From an uncultured virus (IMG/VR IMGVR_UViG_3300037067_020960) (lineage: Duplodnaviria; Heunggongvirae; Uroviricota; Caudoviricetes), in the IMG/VR virus record IMGVR_UViG_3300037067_020960: a stretch of DNA of 64,000 bases. One strand, given 5' to 3'. The translations under genes and the position numbers were made by a program. Positions 1-10,053 of the stretch are shown here, piece after piece; positions within the stretch are counted from its first letter, which is position 1, and every line of letters starts with the position of its first letter. The notes below the pieces were generated by a model that saw only the letters and a list, made by a program, of their open reading frames with translations, was not told the origin of the DNA and did not search any database.

Positions 1-3000
1 TATAAAGATTATTTGTATAGGTTGGCCAATTAGTTGCTCCATACCAAGTAACAAAATCAAGTGAATAATGATGAACAGCACTTCCAGGATAGCTAACCGA
101 GCCAGAATATCCCTGAGCAATCAAATGATAAATTTCATTTGTTTTAAACATCATATGATCCCAATATTGCATATTTGTAACTGCAGCAAAAAGTGTAAAA
201 TTTCCCCAATTTGCTTCAATATGAGGATCTGCAGAACATTGAGCTAAAACAATTTGATATGTGCTGGAATAATAAGAAGCAATACTTGCTACCCATTTAT
301 TTTCATCAGTATCCCAAATAAAATTGATTGGACCAATTATACCATTTTCAAAATAATTATGCGTTGTTGTGTTAATTATAATAGAAGCCCATCCCCAATT
401 TTCTCCATCAATAGAAAAACTATGAAATACTCTATTAATTTCTTCTGCTTCTGATCGTTGAGCTACATAAAACATGTGATATTCATTATCAGATTTTTTA
501 ATAATTTTCATATCTCTTACCAAATAAGAATCATATCCATAAGAACCATTTGGATCAGTTTCTCCATTAATTGGTCTATGTAACCATCCGACAAGATATA
601 TATTTTGATCATATATGTCTTTAAGATTTTTTGATTTCATCATATATTCCATATAACGATTTTTAGGAGATGTATTGTAATAATTATTATAACTAAACCA
701 AGCATGAATTTCATATTCATCATTTATTTTTTTGATTTGATTTAAATATATTTGTCTATCTGCTGCCCATACAATAGGATTGAAATTTCCGCCAATAATT
801 TCCGCAGTTGAAAGATCATTATAATCATCATATACTAAAATTCCAATTCCATTAGCAAAATTATATTTTTCTGAATAACTTGGAGGAGTAAAAAATTCAA
901 AAATGCTTAAAATTTTATCAGCATATTTTCCATAATCACATCTATATGAATGAATAATAGATGTAATACTATAAGACACATCAGTTTTTCCTTCATAAGA
1001 AATTTTCGAATAATCTCCTAATCGTGTAGGCATTGAAAATGGATATGAAATTAGATTAGGAGGATTTTTATATGTATTATCTTCACTTAAAACAGTTTTT
1101 TCAAATAAATTGAGTCCATCGTCCGTTTGTGCACATACACTATATTTTATGATTCTATCATTATCAGAACCACCAGATGATACTTTGTAAATAAATGTAT
1201 ATTTATATGTAGAATTTTTTGGGTTTTTTATTAATCCAATTGGAGATGCTCCATTTGTATGTATAGAAATATTTACACTATCATCATGAGAAATTATTTC
1301 TTCAGTAGTAGACCAATAATCATAATCACCAAAAAGATCAAAAGATTCACTTCGTTCTATTGAAAAATAATATGGACCAGCACCTAATTGTTTTTGATAT
1401 AAAATAAACCATTTGTCATTTGTTTTTCCAAAACAAAAACCATCTGTGTATAAATGAATATTTACGCCATTATTTGGAACAATCAATCGTGGATTTGTCC
1501 AGATTATTCCGTCAATCGATTCCATTGTAGAAATATTCCATCCTAAATCTCCCGGAGTAGTAGAAGTATTGTTATATGTTGAAATAAAACAAATAAATTT
1601 TTGATATTCTTTTATCCAATAAATTTTTGGAGAATATACATGATAAGGATTTTGCTGATCATTATTATACCAAGTAATTTGAGTTCGAATTTCAGAAGTA
1701 TACATTGTAGAAATTTGATCATAATAATTTATAAAATCTTTTGTTTTTTTAATTTGAATATTATACCATCTATTACTATGTCCATCAACAACCCCAATGT
1801 AATATCTATTCCAGTAAGTTAGAAATTCTCCATCAACGAATGGATTTGGAATAACACATGCACAATAATTTGAATCTTGTTTTGTGTTGTCAGGAATTGA
1901 TTGAATTGTATTTAAATTATTAGTCCAATTTAGTGTTATTGAATTATTGGGATATGATGAAGAATAATTTTGAAGAGTTTTTCCATATCTTGAAGTAATT
2001 ATATTCCCATCAATTTTTAATTGCATATTATCAGGGCAATATGGCCAAAAAAGGTAATCTTTTTCTTCTTCAATTTTTATATTTCCTGTAATTTTTATAG
2101 CAATGTTTCCAGCATCTTTATCTATTTGAATTGGCGTTAATTCTTGAATATTATTTTGATTTGTTAAAGATAGAGAATCTATATTTTTTTCATAAACCGA
2201 TTTACCTTTTTCAATTAATTCTTGAAATTCAAATTCTGTATGAATATCAATTGGATCAACAGTGAGTATTTCAGCTTTTAATTCTGTAAAATGTAATCCT
2301 GTAGCATAATTTGATGAAGGAGATCCTATTGGAGGTTCAATATAATCATGAGATAATACAGCACTTGATGTTATCATATTTGAAATATTTAAATGAATAT
2401 TATTTTGAATTTTTAAAATAGGATTTTCTTCAAGATTTTTTGTATCAATAATAATTGGAATTTTTTCTTCAATTCCAATTTGTGTAGGTGCTAAAGCAAT
2501 TTGTTGATTTTTAAAAATTTTTATTAGTTTTAATTCCATTTTCGAACCTTGAAAATCGGTAGGCATTAAACGAATGTAATTGCAATATTCTTTAATTTTT
2601 ACAATGTCATAATTATTTACATTAGTTTTACCAATTCCAATATAACCATCTTTATTTTTCCAATCGATTCCATTAAATGACGTTTGTATAAAACCATTTG
2701 TTGCATATCCATCCCCTGTATAAGGAAAAATATAAATTTCTTCAATGTAAGTAGTTCCAGGAAAAGAAGTTGTGATTAATGGATTTAAACTAGATACTCC
2801 ATCTGCTATAAAATTATTAATAAAATTTTCTTCTCTTAAACAATGATGTAATGAATGAAGATTCACATCTTCTAACCATGGATTGTAATAAGATGTGGTT
2901 TTAATACCTTCAATTGTAACATGTTGATTTATAGGACTTTGATCAAAAGAATTAGGATCAGATAAAATTAATCTATTGTCAAGTGAAAATTGTGAATATA

Positions 3001-3034
3001 AATCAAATTGTTGTTCTTTTACAGAATTACTCAT
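1..3034 (-). CDS. Large putative virion protein (partial, >1010 aa): N-terminal discoidin/F5-8C-like region, then beta-propeller-like Asp-box repeats
   Basis: Absent from the ORF track because it has no stop in the window. ATG at 3034 (MSNSVKEQQFDLY...). Frame read as open where checked, down to base 2. Motifs IQTSFNGIDW..YIRLMP, and S/T-x-D-G-x-x-W-type motifs (SIDGIIW, SIDGENW, SLDFVTW). Confidence 0.75.
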   Translation of the reverse strand, partial: MSNSVKEQQFDLYSQFSLDNRLILSDPNSFDQSPINQHVTIEGIKTTSYYNPWLEDVNLHSLHHCLREENFINNFIADGVSSLNPLITTSFPGTTYIEEIYIFPYTGDGYATNGFIQTSFNGIDWKNKDGYIGIGKTNVNNYDIVKIKEYCNYIRLMPTDFQGSKMELKLIKIFKNQQIALAPTQIGIEEKIPIIIDTKNLEENPILKIQNNIHLNISNMITSSAVLSHDYIEPPIGSPSSNYATGLHFTELKAEILTVDPIDIHTEFEFQELIEKGKSVYEKNIDSLSLTNQNNIQELTPIQIDKDAGNIAIKITGNIKIEEEKDYLFWPYCPDNMQLKIDGNIITSRYGKTLQNYSSSYPNNSITLNWTNNLNTIQSIPDNTKQDSNYCACVIPNPFVDGEFLTYWNRYYIGVVDGHSNRWYNIQIKKTKDFINYYDQISTMYTSEIRTQITWYNNDQQNPYHVYSPKIYWIKEYQKFICFISTYNNTSTTPGDLGWNISTMESIDGIIWTNPRLIVPNNGVNIHLYTDGFCFGKTNDKWFILYQKQLGAGPYYFSIERSESFDLFGDYDYWSTTEEIISHDDSVNISIHTNGASPIGLIKNPKNSTYKYTFIYKVSSGGSDNDRIIKYSVCAQTDDGLNLFEKTVLSEDNTYKNPPNLISYPFSMPTRLGDYSKISYEGKTDVSYSITSIIHSYRCDYGKYADKILSIFEFFTPPSYSEKYNFANGIGILVYDDYNDLSTAEIIGGNFNPIVWAADRQIYLNQIKKINDEYEIHAWFSYNNYYNTSPKNRYMEYMMKSKNLKDIYDQNIYLVGWLHRPINGETDPNGSYGYDSYLVRDMKIIKKSDNEYHMFYVAQRSEAEEINRVFHSFSIDGENWGWASIIINTTTHNYFENGIIGPINFIWDTDENKWVASIASYYSSTYQIVLAQCSADPHIEANWGNFTLFAAVTNMQYWDHMMFKTNEIYHLIAQGYSGSVSYPGSAVHHYSLDFVTWYGATNWPTYTNNLY

Positions 3035-3047
3035 AAATGAAATTATA
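3035..3047 (-). promoter_or_regulatory. -10 element TATAAT 7 nt before the ATG (leaderless-type promoter)
   Basis: Minus strand reads CAGG-TATAAT-ttcattt-ATG, with no Shine-Dalgarno. Confidence 0.5.
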
Positions 3048-3101
3048 CCTGTTCAGAATTAATCTTGATGAATTTTTATAGTAGATTTTTCTATACACTA
3101 T

Positions 3102-3148
3102 GGTGAAGAGAAGATTTTTGCCCTCGTGGCAAAAATCTTCTCTTCACC
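3102..3148. repeat. Perfect 21-bp inverted repeat with 5-nt loop CTCGT
   Basis: ggtgaagagaagatttttgcc-ctcgt-ggcaaaaatcttctcttcacc. Confidence 0.95.
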
Positions 3149-3510
3149 TCCGCCCTCACGAGCTCGTCTCGTGAAGCGAGGGATCAGATCGGCTTGTCCG
3201 ATCCCCGAGCGGGGGCGGATTGACTTTTTTCTCGCGCGCGTTATAATAATTTATTAATATTTTTCGTTGCTTCGCACGATTATTTTTACTAATTTTACTG
3301 ATTAGAATTTAGCTCACTTCGTTCGCTAGAGAAACACGATGCGGAGCATCGATGTTTCTCGATGTAGTAGTAGTAAGTAGTAGTATTTAATTAATATAAT
3401 ATAATATTAATTAATATTAATATAATACTAATAACGCGTGTGCGTATGCCTGCGTACGCGCGTGCTCACGTATGCTCGCGCATTATGCATCTGCGCGCGC
3501 TACAAGGGGT
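3102..3510. other. Structured non-coding island, candidate replication origin
   Basis: Several GC-rich hairpins, a nearly pure A/T tract (~3385-3433) and a CG/TG alternating tract (~3434-3500), lying between divergent genes at the coding-strand switch. Confidence 0.5.
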
Positions 3511-3606
3511 ATACAGTTCGAAGGAATTGATTTTAAAAATTCAAAAAAATATATATGATTTTAAAAAATTTTTAATTTTATAGAAATATTACGGTATTAT
3601 TTTTTT

Positions 3607-3984
3607 ATGAAATCAAAAATTTTAAAAATTAAAAAACATCCATTTTCAGTATTTTCCACAGTAGATGGATTTAAATTTGTAGAAAATCGTATTATCGATG
3701 TTAATTTTTCAGAAAGAAAAAATCTATTAAAAGTCGTAACAGCATTGAAAAAAGTAATTACATGTTCTGAAGACCATAAAATTCAAACAATTAAATCAGG
3801 ATTGGTACCATTAAAACATATTCTAAAAAAAGCAGAGATGTTTTTTACAACTCCAGATAATTGCAAAATTATTGAAATAGATAAAATAACATCAGTAGAA
3901 AACTTTGGAGAACATGATTCATATGATTTAGTATTAGAAAAAGATCCACATAATTTTTTCTGTAATGGAATTTGTGTGAGTAAT
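3607..3984 (+). mobile_element. Split intein C-fragment (126 aa) lacking block A
   Basis: Block [10 protein letters not shown], block [19 protein letters not shown], block G CVSN followed by Ser+1 at 3985. No Cys/Ser1 block A; in-frame TAA at 3562-3564 upstream. Confidence 0.88.
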
Positions 3985-5049
3985 TCACATGCTATATCAT
4001 ATGGTACAGTATCATATTTGATGATGTATATTAAAACACATTACCCATTATATTTTTATTGTATTCAACTGGAAATATCTAGTGAAGATGAGTATAAAAA
4101 AATAATTGAAGAAGCATTACGAGAGAAGATTAAAATATCTCTTGTTGATATAAATCAATCAAAGGAAAAATTTGTAGTATACGGAAATAGTATAATATGG
4201 AGTATAAGAGGAATCAAGGGGTTGGGACCCGCAGCAGTAAATGGGATAATACGAAATCAGTCATTTAAAACATTAAATGGATTTTTTGAAAAATTAAGTG
4301 AAATGAAGTGTACAAAAACTTCAGTATATGCATTAATACGAGAAAATGCCTTTAAAGAATTTGGAACAAAAAAAGAAATATTAGATGCTTATTTATATTT
4401 TAGAAACGAACTTCCATTTGATTCAGATGAACAAATGGAAAAAGAAATTCAAAAATTTACAGAACAAAAACAAAAAGAAAATAAATGGAATAATACGGCT
4501 CAAAAAAGGGTAAAAATCGTAAGAAGAAAAAATATGGAACATAAGAAAGAATATGAAAAATTACAAAAGGAAATATTAATAGACGGAGAAATTGAAAAAT
4601 TTTATAAATACGCTGAAAAAATTTCAAAATATAAAAACACGAATGAAATACGAAAAAAATCAAAAGAATTAGACGAAATACGAAAAAATTATAATACGAT
4701 TAAATGGAAAATTTCGGATTTATCAGATTTATCAGAAGATATTTATTTACAAAATAAGAATAGAGTTGAATTGATTGCATTTCTAAGAGCTGAAAAAGTT
4801 GAAAGAAGTGCAGAAGATTTAGCTAAAAGGAAAAAACCATATTACAGAATACATACGGAAGATGAGACGGGAAAACTTTTACCAACTCCTACAATGTTTA
4901 CGCAAGAATATGAAAAATATGGAGAACTTATAAAAACTAATACAGAAGATGGAAAACCATTACGAATTATTTTAATAAAAAATGGAAAATGGTTTAATGT
5001 ATCATTAATCACTCCTATAAAAATATTTAAGGAGGTTTATTTTGGTTGA
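3607..5049 (+). CDS. dnaE: DNA polymerase III alpha (DnaE) C-terminal fragment fused to a split-intein C-fragment
   Basis: aa 1-126 are intein. The extein begins [17 protein letters not shown] (DnaE FNK|SHA..Y motif), followed by VDINQS, HhH IRGIKGLG and an OB-like end IHTEDETG. No PHP or palm domain. Confidence 0.9.
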   Translation: MKSKILKIKKHPFSVFSTVDGFKFVENRIIDVNFSERKNLLKVVTALKKVITCSEDHKIQTIKSGLVPLKHILKKAEMFFTTPDNCKIIEIDKITSVENFGEHDSYDLVLEKDPHNFFCNGICVSNSHAISYGTVSYLMMYIKTHYPLYFYCIQLEISSEDEYKKIIEEALREKIKISLVDINQSKEKFVVYGNSIIWSIRGIKGLGPAAVNGIIRNQSFKTLNGFFEKLSEMKCTKTSVYALIRENAFKEFGTKKEILDAYLYFRNELPFDSDEQMEKEIQKFTEQKQKENKWNNTAQKRVKIVRRKNMEHKKEYEKLQKEILIDGEIEKFYKYAEKISKYKNTNEIRKKSKELDEIRKNYNTIKWKISDLSDLSEDIYLQNKNRVELIAFLRAEKVERSAEDLAKRKKPYYRIHTEDETGKLLPTPTMFTQEYEKYGELIKTNTEDGKPLRIILIKNGKWFNVSLITPIKIFKEVYFG

Positions 5050-6322
5050 TCAATTTGATTTTTTAGATGATATAGATATTTTAGATGCAGATGATTATGA
5101 ACGATATGATTTTGATGTTGATAATACGGAACTTGATCATAAAGATAAGGAACAATCAGAATTAAATGAAGAATATATAGGAAATAATTATTTTCGCGAA
5201 ATTGGAGGAATATCTTTACTTGATAAAAGTGAAGAAGAATTTTATTGTAAAAAAATAAACCAAGAAAAAACAGTTATGATAATGATTGTTATTAGTCTTC
5301 CAAATTTTGTTCAAAAATTATCAAATGATTGCATTCATAGTTTAAACGAAACATTATACATTAATGGTAATGGTGCTAAAAACAAAGAAAATAGAGAACG
5401 AACAAAAACAATTATTGTACGAGTTATTGATCTAATTCAAAAAAATCCCAATAATACAGAATTAATTTTACAACATATGCGGAGTCTTAATTTTAGACAA
5501 ACATTTGTAAATCGAATAGTTGGTGAAGCCAAGAAAAAATACGGATATTTACCAGATATATCAGAAAAAATTGAACAAATTGAAGATTGTGTAAATCGGA
5601 TATATTTTTATAGAAATAAATTTATTGATCCCAATTTACGTCTTGTAGTTTCTATTGCAAAAAAATTTTTGAATAAGGGATTGAGTTTTTTAGATCTTAT
5701 TCAGGAAGGTAATATTGGTTTAATGAAAGCCATAGAAAGATTTGATAGTGAACGAGGATTCAAATTTTCTACTTATGCAACTTATTGGATAAGACAATCA
5801 ATTCTAAAATCTCTCAAAACAAAAGCGAGATTAATTAAATTACCGGTTCATATTATTGAAACTTTAAATAAATATTATTCAAAAATAAATTTATTAGTAG
5901 GTAAATACGGTAGAGCTTTAGGATTTGAAGAAATAGCAAAAGAAATTAAAATCCCTGTTTCTAAAGTTAAAAAAATAATGGATATTAAAAGAATTATTTC
6001 TATTGATACACCAATTAATTCGTCTGATGGAGAAAATACAATAGAAATCTTTTTTTCATCTAATGAAAAAGATCCATCTCAAATTATGTGTGACACAACT
6101 GTGACAGAATTGATTATTAATTCAATGTCGAATCTTATGAATATAGAAGAACAAATTTTGAGAAAACGATTTGGAATTGGAATGATGCAATGTGATGATT
6201 GTGAAATCGCTCAGGAATTAGATATCACGATGAAAATTGTTGAAGATGTTGTTGAAAAATCTATTTCATTTTTAAGAAAACCTCAAGCCATTAAAAAACT
6301 TCAGGAACTTCGCGAGAATTAA
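5042..6322 (+). CDS. RpoD/sigma-70-family RNA polymerase sigma factor
   Basis: Region 1.2 [11 protein letters not shown]; region 2 [43 protein letters not shown]; region 3 [10 protein letters not shown] start with AAGGAGG RBS. Confidence 0.93.
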   Translation: MVDQFDFLDDIDILDADDYERYDFDVDNTELDHKDKEQSELNEEYIGNNYFREIGGISLLDKSEEEFYCKKINQEKTVMIMIVISLPNFVQKLSNDCIHSLNETLYINGNGAKNKENRERTKTIIVRVIDLIQKNPNNTELILQHMRSLNFRQTFVNRIVGEAKKKYGYLPDISEKIEQIEDCVNRIYFYRNKFIDPNLRLVVSIAKKFLNKGLSFLDLIQEGNIGLMKAIERFDSERGFKFSTYATYWIRQSILKSLKTKARLIKLPVHIIETLNKYYSKINLLVGKYGRALGFEEIAKEIKIPVSKVKKIMDIKRIISIDTPINSSDGENTIEIFFSSNEKDPSQIMCDTTVTELIINSMSNLMNIEEQILRKRFGIGMMQCDDCEIAQELDITMKIVEDVVEKSISFLRKPQAIKKLQELREN

Positions 6323-6341
6323 AAAATATTAGGGATATTAA

Positions 6342-7151
6342 ATGAATCGTCAAATTGATGAAAGTTCATTACATGAAGGAATAAAAAAAGGAAAAGCTCC
6401 AAATAAAAAATGGGAGAAGGGAGAAGCTTTTCTTGAATTTAATATCAATGATGAAATATATCATATTAATATTTATGATGAATTAATAATAGATGCTGAA
6501 AATACAAAACGAATGAATGAAATTGCTGCTTTAAGTTGTGCCGATGGAGCATTTTGGTGTGGTATTTCTCGCAAAGTAAAATCTAAATTAGATACATTTG
6601 AACAAATAGAATTAAAAAAATGGAATGCTCACGTATATAAATATGCAAAATATATGTGTCTTGGAGAAAAATCAAAAACTACGGCAGCAGATATAGAAAC
6701 TAAAATCATTAATGCTTTTAGCGAAGATTTGATTTCAGAAGATAAAACAGATATTAAATCATTGAAAAAAAATGTTAAATTTTTTGTTGAATCCGCAATA
6801 AAAGGAATGTTTCTTGAAAGAGATTTTTCAGTATTACCAATAAAAGAAACTGAATTTGATCAATATTTTGGCATGATGTATGCTGATGTATATGATATAA
6901 GAGAAGTTAATTTTGAAATTATTAAAAGAGGTATGATAAAATTAGAAGAAATTAATGATATTTTAGATTGGATTAAAAAAATTATGGCTGAAAAAAGAAT
7001 TACTTTGATTTCTACAATTTCAAATAATTTACGTTCCGAACAAAATTTGTACGGAAGAGAATCAACCGAAGCAATAAAAAATTTCAATAAATCAGTTCTT
7101 GAAGATCCAGAATTCAAGGAAATGTTAAAAAAAATTATAGAAAAACAATAA
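6342..7151 (+). CDS. Hypothetical protein, possibly UvsY-like recombination mediator
   Basis: DELIIDAEN..aromatic W..helical pattern resembles UvsY-type proteins; located just upstream of the SSB and RecA genes. Confidence 0.4.
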   Translation: MNRQIDESSLHEGIKKGKAPNKKWEKGEAFLEFNINDEIYHINIYDELIIDAENTKRMNEIAALSCADGAFWCGISRKVKSKLDTFEQIELKKWNAHVYKYAKYMCLGEKSKTTAADIETKIINAFSEDLISEDKTDIKSLKKNVKFFVESAIKGMFLERDFSVLPIKETEFDQYFGMMYADVYDIREVNFEIIKRGMIKLEEINDILDWIKKIMAEKRITLISTISNNLRSEQNLYGRESTEAIKNFNKSVLEDPEFKEMLKKIIEKQ

Positions 7152-7155
7152 AATT

Positions 7156-7350
7156 ATGATCCATGTTCATTCAATAAAAAATTTATTAGATGCGATTAAA
7201 AAACATTTTTATATAAAATTATCCGCAAATGGAAAAATAGAATTTGAATATGACTCAAAAGCTATAGAAATAACTGAAAAATTTTTTGATCGTTTAAAAG
7301 AAATTGAATTAAAATCAGAAATACGGTATATTAAAATAAATAAACAATAA
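7156..7350 (+). CDS. Small hypothetical protein
   Basis: Fills the operon gap in the same orientation. Confidence 0.55.
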   Translation: MIHVHSIKNLLDAIKKHFYIKLSANGKIEFEYDSKAIEITEKFFDRLKEIELKSEIRYIKINKQ

Positions 7351-7359
7351 GGAGAAAAT

Positions 7360-8493
7360 ATGGGAACAAAAAGAGAAGTTTCACAAGAAATCTATAATGA
7401 AGAAAAAGCTCGTGATCAAAAAAAGAAAAAATATAATCCTTTAATATATGATTTTCTTCCTAAAGAAGATGGAAGAATAGGTCATAATCGATTGTATTTA
7501 GGAATATTTGATACATCTCAAATAAAAACTCTTAAAAGTTTAAAAAAAGCTTCTGGAAGTTGGACTTTTTCTTATGGGATTTTTACTCATTATCAATATG
7601 ATCAAATTCTTAAAACGGGTCATAATATTATTTGTCAAAATCCTGGTAAAAATATGTTTATAAATCCTAAATCTAGATGTCCATTGTGTGCGATTGCTGA
7701 TAAGATTTACGATGTAAGAAAAAAATGGCAAGGTACAAGATCATATGAAGCTGTAAAAGAAGATCCAATTTACAAACAAATATCTGAAAAAGGAAAAAAA
7801 TTTATTGCAGTTAAAAAATTGCCATATGTTTGTTTAGATATTGATAAACTTTTAAACAAAAAACCCTTAAATGAATATGAACAAGAAAAAGGGTTAGCAA
7901 TGCAAGTTGTGGGAATGCCAAATGCAGTTGATAAACAAATTCGTGCTTTATATGAAGGAGGATACAAATTCTACGACATTATTGAAGAAATGGATTCAAA
8001 TAAAAAGAAAATTCAAAAAGTTTGTGTTGTAAATATTACAAGAGATAATACAAAAGGATCAAGAAATGCTGTGTATTCTTGTGTAATCGAAAAAGATCCA
8101 ATTGCTATTCCTACTGATTGGATCGAATGTATTACAAATGACATTCCTGATCCAATTGATATTCTTTTTAAGAGTATTGAAACCGAAGATGATAACATTT
8201 GGTTTAATGATTTATGCGAAAGAATTGCTCCTTCTGATGAAGAAATAAAGGGCTATGTGAATCTTCAACAATCGGATCAAGATTCTATTTCTATTTCTAT
8301 TCCTACTCCTAGTCATCAGAATACACAGTCTGCTGGTGTTGCTGCTCCAAGAAAAAAAATTGATTCAGAATCAATTGATAAAGATTTATCAAACGAAGAT
8401 GAATTAGAACCAAAAAATGAAGCAAAAGAAATACCATCTACTGAATCTCCAAAAAAGAGAAGAAGAATTTTATTTGATGATGAGGGAAAATAA
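7360..8493 (+). CDS. Putative gp32-like single-stranded DNA-binding protein
   Basis: H..C..CPLC Zn-site pattern, long acidic low-complexity C-tail, directly upstream of recA, AGGAG RBS. Confidence 0.65.
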   Translation: MGTKREVSQEIYNEEKARDQKKKKYNPLIYDFLPKEDGRIGHNRLYLGIFDTSQIKTLKSLKKASGSWTFSYGIFTHYQYDQILKTGHNIICQNPGKNMFINPKSRCPLCAIADKIYDVRKKWQGTRSYEAVKEDPIYKQISEKGKKFIAVKKLPYVCLDIDKLLNKKPLNEYEQEKGLAMQVVGMPNAVDKQIRALYEGGYKFYDIIEEMDSNKKKIQKVCVVNITRDNTKGSRNAVYSCVIEKDPIAIPTDWIECITNDIPDPIDILFKSIETEDDNIWFNDLCERIAPSDEEIKGYVNLQQSDQDSISISIPTPSHQNTQSAGVAAPRKKIDSESIDKDLSNEDELEPKNEAKEIPSTESPKKRRRILFDDEGK

Positions 8494-8495
8494 TT

Positions 8496-9755
8496 ATGGT
8501 AGGATCATCCAAAAAATTTACCGAAATTGCCAAGTTAGTTAAGGCTGACGATTTCTTAAAATCTCAAGTGATGATCTATGGCGATGATGAGGGCATTGAA
8601 AAATGCCCTCGCATTCCATTTGGAATTTATTCGCTTGATAAAATATTTGATGGCGGTTTTCCAAAAGGAAGAATCTGCGAATTCTATGGACCGGAATCTG
8701 GTGGAAAAACCACTTTGGCTTTGCATGCAATTGCTGCTGCTCAACGCATGGGTGGTGCATGCTGTTTTATTGATGCGGAAAATTCTTTCGATCCATGGTA
8801 TGCTAATCAAATTAAGGTAAAAGTAGATGAAATCATGTTGGTTCAACCAGACAGCGGAGAAGCTGCATTTGATTGTTGTAATAAAATGATTGAATATGGT
8901 ATTGATTTAGTTGTGGTTGATTCGGTTGCCGCATTAATTCCACAAGAAGAATTGGAAAAAGATTTGACTGATAAAGAAAGAATGGGCGTAATGGGAAAAA
9001 TGATGTCCAGAGGAATGAGAAAACTCATTGGAACATATAACAAATTAAAGAACAAAGAAACTTCTGTGATATTCATTAATCAAATTCGTGATGCAATCGG
9101 TGTAATGTATGGAAATCCAGAAACTACTCCTGGCGGAAGAGCTTTGAAATTTTATTCGTCTGTTCGTGTTGATATAAGAAGACTTTCTGCAAAAAAAGAA
9201 ATTGATGTTAGAGGTCAGAAAGAAGTTATTGCAAAAGTTTCTAGAGTAAAAATTACAAAATCTAAAGTTTGTCGTCCATTTGTTGAAGCAGATTTGTGGT
9301 TAGATTGTTCAGCAAAGCCTGTTGGATTCAGAAAAGATTTTGATGTCATTGAAAATGCTGTAAAAGAACAAGTAATTAGCAACGATGTTTGGGATTTAAA
9401 AACAAAAGAAAAAAGAACCGGAAGAAAATATTTTTTTACAAGAAAAAATAAAGACCGTGTTCAGATAGCTGTTTCGCAAGCCGATTTGGAAAATAAATTG
9501 AATAAATGCAAAGAGTTTTTTAACGAAGTACAAGAAGTAATGTTTTCTGGTGAATTATATGAACCATCAGAAGAAACAAAATACAATCCAATTTTATTTG
9601 AAACAATCTATGGTAAAATTGATGAAGTTAAAACTGTTTCATCAGAAATTGAAGATGATTTTTCTCAAAAGATTGAAGAAAAAGTCGAAAGAAAAGCAAA
9701 AACTAAAGTTGATTTTGATAAAGAAAACGGAGCAACAAAGAAAAATGAAGTTTAA
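8496..9755 (+). CDS. recA: RecA recombinase
   Basis: YGPESGGKTT, FIDAE, VVVDSVAAL, FINQIRD, GNPETTPGGRALKFYSSVR. Confidence 0.97.
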   Translation: MVGSSKKFTEIAKLVKADDFLKSQVMIYGDDEGIEKCPRIPFGIYSLDKIFDGGFPKGRICEFYGPESGGKTTLALHAIAAAQRMGGACCFIDAENSFDPWYANQIKVKVDEIMLVQPDSGEAAFDCCNKMIEYGIDLVVVDSVAALIPQEELEKDLTDKERMGVMGKMMSRGMRKLIGTYNKLKNKETSVIFINQIRDAIGVMYGNPETTPGGRALKFYSSVRVDIRRLSAKKEIDVRGQKEVIAKVSRVKITKSKVCRPFVEADLWLDCSAKPVGFRKDFDVIENAVKEQVISNDVWDLKTKEKRTGRKYFFTRKNKDRVQIAVSQADLENKLNKCKEFFNEVQEVMFSGELYEPSEETKYNPILFETIYGKIDEVKTVSSEIEDDFSQKIEEKVERKAKTKVDFDKENGATKKNEV

Positions 9756-10023
9756 AAAGAATAATAAAATTAGATTTTTTCAAGATTTTAATATGCATGA
9801 AGGAATTCCGGCAGATATTGATTTTTCAATTTATGAGATCATTGATCAAAGAGTGGAATTGATTGCTCGTGGTTTTGAAGAACATGGTGAATATAGAGAT
9901 GGGACAATTTTAGTGAGTTTAACTGAATTTTCAGTAAGAGATAGGGTGCTTATTGAAAAAGAATTTAATGCTTTGAAAAATAATAAACATTGTACATGTT
10001 CTTGTCAAGGTGGTTGTAAGTAA
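9745..10023 (+). CDS. Hypothetical protein (92 aa)
   Basis: Start re-called to ATG 9745, overlapping the recA end, instead of the track's 9550. Confidence 0.55.
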   Translation: MKFKKNNKIRFFQDFNMHEGIPADIDFSIYEIIDQRVELIARGFEEHGEYRDGTILVSLTEFSVRDRVLIEKEFNALKNNKHCTCSCQGGCK

Positions 10024-10053
10024 TAAATACAAAAATTTTTATTATAGGAATTT

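Noticed and set aside
254..1822. Short plus-strand ORFs 254..454 and 1601..1822
   Set aside because: Antisense to the large minus-strand gene 1..3034.
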